Position numbers and translations under genes: made by a program. A DNA stretch of 53,851 nt from an uncultured virus (IMG/VR IMGVR_UViG_3300043436_000583) (lineage: Duplodnaviria > Heunggongvirae > Uroviricota > Caudoviricetes), in the IMG/VR virus record IMGVR_UViG_3300043436_000583, positions 62,001 through 115,851 of that record; one strand, 5' to 3'. Position 1 is the stretch's first letter, and the number at the start of each line of letters is the position of its first letter. The notes beneath the pieces are model-generated. The model worked only from the letters and a program-made list of their open reading frames with translations. It was not told the DNA's origin and ran no database searches. Below, in pieces: positions 47,480 to 53,851 of the stretch.

Positions 47480-48088
47480 TTATTTATAATGTGTTCCACC
47501 CACCCATAACACAAATGAACGTCTAGTTCCTTTTGTTATAGGACTCACTCTATGCATCATAAAAGAAGGGAATATAAATACTACACCCTTTCCTCTTGGT
47601 GCTTTGTCAGCCTTTTCTGGATCTCCACCCTTGAAATACTCCAAGTCACCACCTTCATATTCATCAGAATCAGATAGTTGCACTGTAATACTTATCTTTC
47701 TTTTAGACATAGAACCAGCACCAATATCTTGGTGCCATCCATAATGTCCACCTTCTACATCATAGTATTCTGTATATTGAATACAATCTAGTGCTGTAAA
47801 CAAATCAAAATGCCATAGAGCATTGTTAGCTTCTATGGCCATGTTATATAACTTTGTATATAACCATTCCCATTCATTTGTTTTAGGAATCCATTTAACA
47901 GAAGAAGATCTTATTTCTTTATCAGCAGGGGTAGTTTCTGTCCCTACAGTGGCTTTGTGAAAGGAAAGAGTGTCAACATCTCTATATACCTTTTCTAATT
48001 CCTCTGTGGAAAATCCTGTAGCATAGAAGTAATAATTTTGAATATCCACTTCCTCAGTTGGAAATATTGGGTGTAGTTCTAGGCTCAT
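47480..48088 (-). CDS. 2OG-Fe(II) oxygenase (prolyl-hydroxylase/PKHD-like)
   Basis: WHQD, RKISITVQLS..YEGGDL, FPS...HRV.PITKGTR.S. Confidence 0.9.
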   Translation of the reverse strand: MSLELHPIFPTEEVDIQNYYFYATGFSTEELEKVYRDVDTLSFHKATVGTETTPADKEIRSSSVKWIPKTNEWEWLYTKLYNMAIEANNALWHFDLFTALDCIQYTEYYDVEGGHYGWHQDIGAGSMSKRKISITVQLSDSDEYEGGDLEYFKGGDPEKADKAPRGKGVVFIFPSFMMHRVSPITKGTRRSFVLWVGGTHYK

Positions 48089-48110
48089 AAGCTTAATTAA
48101 AAGAGATGTA

Positions 48111-48290
48111 TTATCCCTCTATAACTGGTTGATTCTCAGCCTTATCTAATTCAATAGCAACTTTCTCAATAAATCCTAGTATTTCTTTACCATATTTAGT
48201 TGGTAATTGCTCGTTAGCATAGTTCATTATCACTTGAACTTGTTCTGCTGTTAATGATGGTACTGGTAATTGTTTAGTTTCTTGGTTCAT
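48111..48290 (-). CDS. 59-aa hypothetical protein, not in ORF track
   Basis: MNQETKQLPVPSLTAEQVQ...; -7 box at 48306-48313. Confidence 0.65.
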   Translation of the reverse strand: MNQETKQLPVPSLTAEQVQVIMNYANEQLPTKYGKEILGFIEKVAIELDKAENQPVIEG

Positions 48291-48327
48291 ATATTTTTAT
48301 TTTTGCAAAGATACTTAATTAATTTAA

Positions 48328-48885
48328 TTATCCAAATGTAGTATGACAATTTTTACTTACATAATTGTCCATTAAATAATTCAATACCCCCTGGGCTGAT
48401 GTTAAGTTCTGTTCTTTTTGAATCATATTAAGTTTGTCTAAGTCAAATCTGACACCTATTGGCTCACTTTTACCTTTCTTAGCATTAAACATTTTATTAG
48501 ATAACCCTATCCTAGAAAACTCTTGAATCCAGAATCTTTCTCTTTTATTTAGTATTGAAATATTCTCAACAAACTCAATCTCCTCAATAATAATATCCAT
48601 CCCTGCATCTAATATTAGATTAATAATCTTATCCTTTTCAGTATTTTTATTTTTACCACATATGTGATTACTTAATCTTTTGTTTAATGGACCAACAGTC
48701 TTACCAATATAAAATACTTTATTGTCCTCTAATGGGTTTTTAAGGCAATATATAAACCCACCATCCATTTCTGCTAAATGCCTATTGAAATATACCCTAC
48801 ATTTATTTGAACAAAACTTTTTCTTAATGTTCTTAACCTCCATATCTTGCTCACAATATAAACAACTTGTTTTTATAGCATTCAT
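48328..48885 (-). CDS. Zn-finger / GIY-YIG endonuclease / C-terminal RHH-like protein
   Basis: CLYC...FCSNKCR; FIY...FYIGKT...RL..H...E..WI; KSEPIGVRFD. Confidence 0.75.
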   Translation of the reverse strand: MNAIKTSCLYCEQDMEVKNIKKKFCSNKCRVYFNRHLAEMDGGFIYCLKNPLEDNKVFYIGKTVGPLNKRLSNHICGKNKNTEKDKIINLILDAGMDIIIEEIEFVENISILNKRERFWIQEFSRIGLSNKMFNAKKGKSEPIGVRFDLDKLNMIQKEQNLTSAQGVLNYLMDNYVSKNCHTTFG

Positions 48886-48886
48886 T

Positions 48887-48946
48887 TGTTACGTTTTTGT
48901 TACGCAAATATAACAAATGTTACGATACAAACAAAATATTGTTACG
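48887..48946. repeat. four TGTTACG direct repeats flanking a -7 box (putative operator)
   Basis: Copies at 48887, 48898, 48918, 48940; TATATTTG on the minus strand at 48905-48912. Confidence 0.7.
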
Positions 48947-48972
48947 ATAATTCTAAATTAGCTACAAATATC

Positions 48973-50046
48973 CTACAACCCTGCTTTGTTTAATCTTTCA
49001 TTTAATTCTTGAATAGCTTTTACTAAGTATGTGATATATCCTGTTGGGTTATACATATAATATCCATCTTTATCTTTCCCATAAGCCTCTGGGAAATTAT
49101 CTACCATATCTTGAGCTAAGAATCCTTTATAAACTACTGATTCATCTTCATCAGCTATATGATTATATGTTTTTAATTTAGCATTATTAAATAATGGTAA
49201 AACAGATTCTTCAACATCTTTAATATTTGATTTTAACCTTGCATCAGAAGGGCCTGTATAAAATTGTATTGTTGATGATGTAAGATAATTTATACCTCCT
49301 GTTTGGCCTCCACTTGAATTCATAAAATAAATATAGTTACCACCAGGATATGTATTTTGAATTGATATAAGATTATATTGTAATGCAGAACCTTTTATAT
49401 TTAATAATCCAGCTCCTACTGCAGTTGTACTACCAATACAAACTTCAGCTCTATTTGTAATACGCATAACTTCAAGAACAGTATCAGAAAAAAAGTTTCT
49501 TGTATAAAATCCAATAGAACCATAAGCAACATTATCTGCTCCTAAAATACCTCTAATATTAGCTACATTTATATTATTGTTATTAAAAAACCCAATATTT
49601 AAACCATCGCCAATTGCAGTTGTTCCTGTAAGTCTTAGACTTATCATATCTAGGTTTTCAACACCACTACCTGCCTTTGCCTTTTCTAAACTTAATAATG
49701 CATTAAGACTAGTTGTACCAATACCTACATTACCATTGTCTAATAATATCAATTTTGGATTAGTTCCATAAGGAGTACCATTTGCTAAATATGCTCCAAA
49801 GTTTAAATAGTTGCTTGAATCACTATTAATTTGCCAATAATAATCATTTGCACTTCTATTTAATTTTATACCATTGCTACTTTGTATTTGAACACTACTA
49901 GAGAAAGTAGCTGCCCCGCTAAATCTTCCTGTACCAGTTACTTCTAATTTATAACTACCACTAGGTGCTGCTCCTATTCCTACGTTAAGAGAAGAGTCTG
50001 TAAATAAACTAGGAGATAATCTCCCAAGATTGAATGAAAGCCCCAT
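48973..50046 (-). CDS. tail fibre/spike protein with peptidase S74 intramolecular chaperone
   Basis: GNVGIGT repeats, SDARLK, GFLAQD, LVKAIQE; likely start MGLSFN. Confidence 0.85.
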   Translation of the reverse strand: MGLSFNLGRLSPSLFTDSSLNVGIGAAPSGSYKLEVTGTGRFSGAATFSSSVQIQSSNGIKLNRSANDYYWQINSDSSNYLNFGAYLANGTPYGTNPKLILLDNGNVGIGTTSLNALLSLEKAKAGSGVENLDMISLRLTGTTAIGDGLNIGFFNNNNINVANIRGILGADNVAYGSIGFYTRNFFSDTVLEVMRITNRAEVCIGSTTAVGAGLLNIKGSALQYNLISIQNTYPGGNYIYFMNSSGGQTGGINYLTSSTIQFYTGPSDARLKSNIKDVEESVLPLFNNAKLKTYNHIADEDESVVYKGFLAQDMVDNFPEAYGKDKDGYYMYNPTGYITYLVKAIQELNERLNKAGL

Positions 50047-50047
50047 A

Positions 50048-50881
50048 TTAATTATTTTTAAATTTCCAAGTAAAGTTTTTATGCGTTTTTCTAGTTCCTC
50101 TACAACAATCACCTATTTTGCTTTGACCAGTCCTTCCAAATAGTTCCTTTGCGGCATCCAAAGAACAATCCCATTCTCTTATAAATTCCCCTTTTCTAGT
50201 CATTTGTATAATAGGCTTAACGTGTGCTAGTTTGTTCTTTAATTTTGATTCTACAGAATGTTTAAGACCTCTTGGATATGTTTCTAATGCTCTTATTTTT
50301 ACTGGCGGTTTTATATACTTTTTACCATCGTGTAAATTATCTAAGTACTTCCATAAAAACCCTTTATATTGTCTTATTCTATATCTAGCACAACCAATAA
50401 CTTTTTCTGTTTTAAAACCAAAAGAACCAGCTTCTTTTATTGAATCCCATATTTTAACTATGTTACTATCCATATCTAATTGAACAATTTTTCTCCAATT
50501 AGCTATAGCTGCTTTTCTTTTTTGCTCTTCTGTTTGAGGAGGTCTAACCCTATTTCTTTGCTTTTCTCTTGTTTCTTCTGAAACTACAAGACCTTTAGTT
50601 CCTTCCCCACCATCTGTCAAATTACATAAAATGCCTGTCTTGTTGTTTACCCTACCATATAAAGCTATAAATTCCTCTTCTTTTTTAATGGCTTCTTCAT
50701 AAGTTATTTCATCAAATAGTATCTCTACTTCGTAGTCTGTTTTGCCAACTATTCTATGCCAATATTTATTTCTACCCCTTGTGCCTTTATAATCTGCCCT
50801 TTGGTATTTCTCATCACTACCTATCCCTATATAGAATGGTTCGTTTTTGTCAAGTCTGATATGTCGGTAGACGTATGCCAT
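50048..50881 (-). CDS. GIY-YIG-like homing endonuclease with NUMOD3/NUMOD1 repeats
   Basis: YVYRH...FYIGIG...R; NLTDGGEG; CCRG.RK..K.F.WKF. Confidence 0.85.
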   Translation of the reverse strand: MAYVYRHIRLDKNEPFYIGIGSDEKYQRADYKGTRGRNKYWHRIVGKTDYEVEILFDEITYEEAIKKEEEFIALYGRVNNKTGILCNLTDGGEGTKGLVVSEETREKQRNRVRPPQTEEQKRKAAIANWRKIVQLDMDSNIVKIWDSIKEAGSFGFKTEKVIGCARYRIRQYKGFLWKYLDNLHDGKKYIKPPVKIRALETYPRGLKHSVESKLKNKLAHVKPIIQMTRKGEFIREWDCSLDAAKELFGRTGQSKIGDCCRGTRKTHKNFTWKFKNN

Positions 50882-52035
50882 TATTTTGTAGCTACAATAT
50901 TGTTTATTTGTTCTTGTAATGATGTGATTAATGCATTTTGTTCTTGAATAGCTTTTACTAATCTTGCTTCTGTTTTACTCCATCCAGTAACAGTTAAAAA
51001 TCCTTCTGAATCTTCTCCAACAACATCTGGATAAACTTCTTGCATTTCTTGAGCAATAAATCCTATTTGATGTCCAGAACCATTTTTATAATCAAATTCT
51101 GAAGGCTTTAAAGCCAATATTTTATCTAATTGTGTCTCTAATTCTACAATATTTTCTTTTAATCTTCTATCTGACCAAGAACCAAAAGCGGCAGCATTTG
51201 CTCCATTAGCATTAATTTGACCAGATGTAAAGTTACCGTTACCAATTACAAATCTTTGGAATACTTGAGATGCTGTATTTACGTTATCATATTTAACTAT
51301 GAATAGTGCAGCAGTACCTTGGTCACCAGCCCAAGAACTCCATATTTCAGCAGTAGCATCTCCAGTAGTTTGTTTAACTGATAATCTAACATTTGAATAT
51401 AAGGATGCAGTATTAAAAATTAATGTTTGACCCCCACTTGTAATACGCATTCTTTCGGCATTAGTAGTAGCAAATGACATATAATTAGCAGTTTCAACAT
51501 TAAATGCCATTATACCAGAAATACTATTTATAAATAAATCATTTCCGTTTTGAAATAAATATGACTTAGCAGTACCGCCAACGCTTAATCCTAATAAACT
51601 TGTACTTGTACCATTAATGTCTAAAACTGTTCTATTTATATTAGTTAAATTAGGACTACTTGTACCAATACCTACATTACCTGCGTTAGTGATAGTCATT
51701 CTTGGAGTAATTGTACCACTTGTTACACTTGCTATTTCAAAATTAAAACCAGCAGCTGGTGCACCCCAAACCAATGATACTTCACCATTTGCACCACTTC
51801 TATTATATCCGATAGAAAGACCTGTTGATAATGGTGTTTGAGTATGTGCTGAATTGCTAAATATTGCATAACCTGCATTGCTAACTTGTAAAGCACCACT
51901 TGGACTACTTGTACCAATTCCAACATTAGTTCCATTATCAAATATTAAGCTATTGCCTAAAGTAGTTCCATTTGCTTTTAGGACATAGTTGGTGGTAGTC
52001 AAAGGTGCGCTAGCGAGGATGGTATTGGTGGACAT
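50881..52035 (-). CDS. tail fibre/spike protein with peptidase S74 chaperone
   Basis: NVGIGT repeats, ERMRI, SDRRLK, GFIAQE, LVKAIQE. Confidence 0.88.
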   Translation of the reverse strand: MSTNTILASAPLTTTNYVLKANGTTLGNSLIFDNGTNVGIGTSSPSGALQVSNAGYAIFSNSAHTQTPLSTGLSIGYNRSGANGEVSLVWGAPAAGFNFEIASVTSGTITPRMTITNAGNVGIGTSSPNLTNINRTVLDINGTSTSLLGLSVGGTAKSYLFQNGNDLFINSISGIMAFNVETANYMSFATTNAERMRITSGGQTLIFNTASLYSNVRLSVKQTTGDATAEIWSSWAGDQGTAALFIVKYDNVNTASQVFQRFVIGNGNFTSGQINANGANAAAFGSWSDRRLKENIVELETQLDKILALKPSEFDYKNGSGHQIGFIAQEMQEVYPDVVGEDSEGFLTVTGWSKTEARLVKAIQEQNALITSLQEQINNIVATK

Positions 52036-52048
52036 AAACTTTTTTCTT

Positions 52049-52945
52049 TTATTTTGTAGCTACAATTTTTTGTTTTCTTGGTTTTCTTCCCATTTTTTCA
52101 GGATATTTATATTTCCATATAAATCCATATGCTTGTTTAAATTTACCTTGGCAGCATCTCATAATATTTGTAGAATGTCCTCCTATTGATTTTGTAGCAT
52201 CTACAATACCATCCCATTCTTTAACAAAAATACCATTTAAATCATATTGCAATATAGGAAGTTTTTGATTATTGCCCATTTTTTGCTTTGCTTGTTCTGA
52301 CATTTTTTTGCCTAAAGATGATTTAGATATTTTTTTGCAAATTTCAATAAATTGTTCTTTACCAAATAAAATGCCTCCATTATTAGCAATTCTTTTCTTT
52401 TGTGCTGTAGATATTCTTACTTTAGTTTCTTCACTAACTACTTTGTTTTTTTGAGATGCAGATATTTTCATTCTATGCTCTAAAGACATTTCTTCCTTGT
52501 GTTTAGTGCCAGTTATATTCGCAATATGTTTTTTATAAGCATAAGGGTCTTGTAATCGTTTTTTTTGTGTTTCAGACCACTGTTTCTTAAGCTCTTCAGA
52601 ACGTTTTTTACCCTTGTTTGAGTTTCCTATCTTTTCTGCAGTTTCTTTTGTAATTATTTTATTTAAACAACCATCACCGCCATCTGTCATATTAACAAGA
52701 CATCCAGTTCCCATATCTTTTCTTCCATATAAAGAAATAAATTCAATTTCTTTTAATTTTGCTTCATCATAAGAAATATCATCAAATAATATTTCTACTT
52801 CATAATCCGTCATATTAACTATATTAAGCCAATATTTATTTCTATTATCATTATCATATGCCCTTCTATTATTCTTAGAATTACCTATACCAATGTAAAA
52901 AGGTTCATTTTTATCCAATCTGATATGTCGATATAAATATGCCAT
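52049..52945 (-). CDS. GIY-YIG-like homing endonuclease with NUMOD3/NUMOD1 repeats
   Basis: YLYRH...FYIGIG; NMTDGGDG; paralog of 50048..50881. Confidence 0.85.
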   Translation of the reverse strand: MAYLYRHIRLDKNEPFYIGIGNSKNNRRAYDNDNRNKYWLNIVNMTDYEVEILFDDISYDEAKLKEIEFISLYGRKDMGTGCLVNMTDGGDGCLNKIITKETAEKIGNSNKGKKRSEELKKQWSETQKKRLQDPYAYKKHIANITGTKHKEEMSLEHRMKISASQKNKVVSEETKVRISTAQKKRIANNGGILFGKEQFIEICKKISKSSLGKKMSEQAKQKMGNNQKLPILQYDLNGIFVKEWDGIVDATKSIGGHSTNIMRCCQGKFKQAYGFIWKYKYPEKMGRKPRKQKIVATK

Positions 52946-53850
52946 TATTTTGTAGCTACAATTTGCTCTAATTGAATTATTTTGGTATTCATCTCTTGAA
53001 TAGCTTTTACTAAAGCCGTAGTTATTGCTTGGTAATCTAAGCCAATAAAATCTTCCTTTTCGCCTTTTGATTGAATGTATGCTTGTGGAATAAATTCTTT
53101 TACTTCCTGTGCAATAAATCCTAAATGCTTATCAGAAGTTTCATCTTCATCTTTCATTCTATATAAAGTAGGTTTTAATTGTAAAACCTGATTTAAACCT
53201 ATTGTAGATACTTCAAAATCTTTCTTTTTATTAATGTCTGATAATGGGGTGTAAACTCCATTTGCAGGATTTATTGAAGCAACACTTATAGAACCATTGT
53301 ATAAATATATAGTTCCACCTGTTGTGTACCAACCATACCAATTAGAATTGTAAGTTACTCCGCCACTTCTATTTTCCCAAAAAAATCCTGCTGTAGTACC
53401 TGTTGAAAGTATATCAGAATTAATTTGCATTTTAGTTCCAGCACTAGCAACACTTGCTGATGTTTGATTTATAAAAACTTGACCCCCACTTGTAATACGC
53501 ATACGTTCTCCAGAACTTGACCCGTTAAAAGTTCCAAAAGTTAATGCTGAAGCTCCATCAGCTGCGTTATCTATAACATTTGTAATTTCACCTGTTGGTA
53601 TAGTAGAAAAAGTTGCTCCTGTAGAAGTTCCAAATTTGATACCCGCTTTATTACCCGTAGCTGAAGCCGCTGGATTGTCTAAATATAAATAACCCCCTTC
53701 TCCACCAGAAACACTTTTATTGACATGCAATAATGTTTCAGGAGTACTTGTACCAATTCCCAATCTTGCATTAGTATTATCCCAATAAAGATTAGATGAA
53801 CTACTTATAGCTGCTGAAGAAGTAAAATAAGCCACTTGAGTAGCCGTTCC
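52945..53850 (-). CDS. tail fibre protein with S74 chaperone, 5'-truncated by window edge
   Basis: Frame open to the edge (GTATQVAYF...); RLGIGT, ERMRI, SDINKK, GFIAQE. Confidence 0.85.
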   Translation of the reverse strand, partial: GTATQVAYFTSSAAISSSSNLYWDNTNARLGIGTSTPETLLHVNKSVSGGEGGYLYLDNPAASATGNKAGIKFGTSTGATFSTIPTGEITNVIDNAADGASALTFGTFNGSSSGERMRITSGGQVFINQTSASVASAGTKMQINSDILSTGTTAGFFWENRSGGVTYNSNWYGWYTTGGTIYLYNGSISVASINPANGVYTPLSDINKKKDFEVSTIGLNQVLQLKPTLYRMKDEDETSDKHLGFIAQEVKEFIPQAYIQSKGEKEDFIGLDYQAITTALVKAIQEMNTKIIQLEQIVATK

Positions 53851-53851
53851 A

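Larger units (their letters stand above)
50881..52964. repeat. three copies of TTATTTTGTAGCTACAAT (contains 12-bp palindrome TTGTAGCTACAA; encodes IVATK*)
   Basis: Copies at 50881-50898, 52049-52068, 52945-52964. Confidence 0.9.

Noticed and set aside
50047..50112. N-terminal extension VEELEKRIKTL resembling a fibre coiled-coil end
   Set aside because: It is an alternative-frame reading of the nuclease NUMOD1 motif (CCRGTRKTHKNF); the real start is likely 50046
1..53851. Stop-codon reassignment (seen in some crAss-like phages)
   Set aside because: Long conserved genes are uninterrupted in code 11, and TAG/TGA end genes at sensible positions
1..53851. tRNA, rRNA or CRISPR array
   Set aside because: No cloverleaf or repeat-spacer pattern recognised by eye; intergenic gaps are short. 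tRNAscan-SE would be needed to be certain
48973..53851. Diversity-generating retroelement or invertase shufflon acting on fibres
   Set aside because: No reverse transcriptase, no TR/VR pair with A-specific mismatches, no recombinase, and all units are co-oriented

Overview
Segment of an AT-rich dsDNA phage genome read in the standard code. It is crAss-like/Crassvirales-related by gene content (inference). Bacteroidota-type TAnnTTTG promoter boxes suggest a Bacteroidota host. Bases 1-28.8 kb (+) carry small early genes and a replication/nucleotide module: PolB, DnaB-like helicase, SF2 helicase, AAA ATPase, SSB, primase, DUF932, UDG-like, rIIA/rIIB, PD-(D/E)XK nuclease, class II RNR, RecA, dUTPase and GroES-like. 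Bases 28.8-53.85 kb are mostly (-) late-type genes: GT2s, an array of very basic proteins punctuated by a [M/A/S/L/Y]-[K/Q]-x-G(G) motif, a ferritin-like protein, mucin-like Thr/Ser-rich microproteins flanking an HPAT/SGT1-like glycosyltransferase, and a GH19 lysis cassette. An oppositely oriented (+) cassette of five glycosyltransferases includes an Aah/TibC-like protein heptosyltransferase. A 2OG-Fe(II) oxygenase follows, then three S74-chaperone tail-fibre genes interleaved with GIY-YIG-like endonucleases and joined by a repeated palindromic junction. Best candidates for undescribed systems: (1) a phage-encoded virion O-glycosylation 'mucin coat'; (2) motif-punctuated basic core polyproteins; (3) fibre/endonuclease tandem cassettes. 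All product calls come from motif recognition by eye; no database searches were run.
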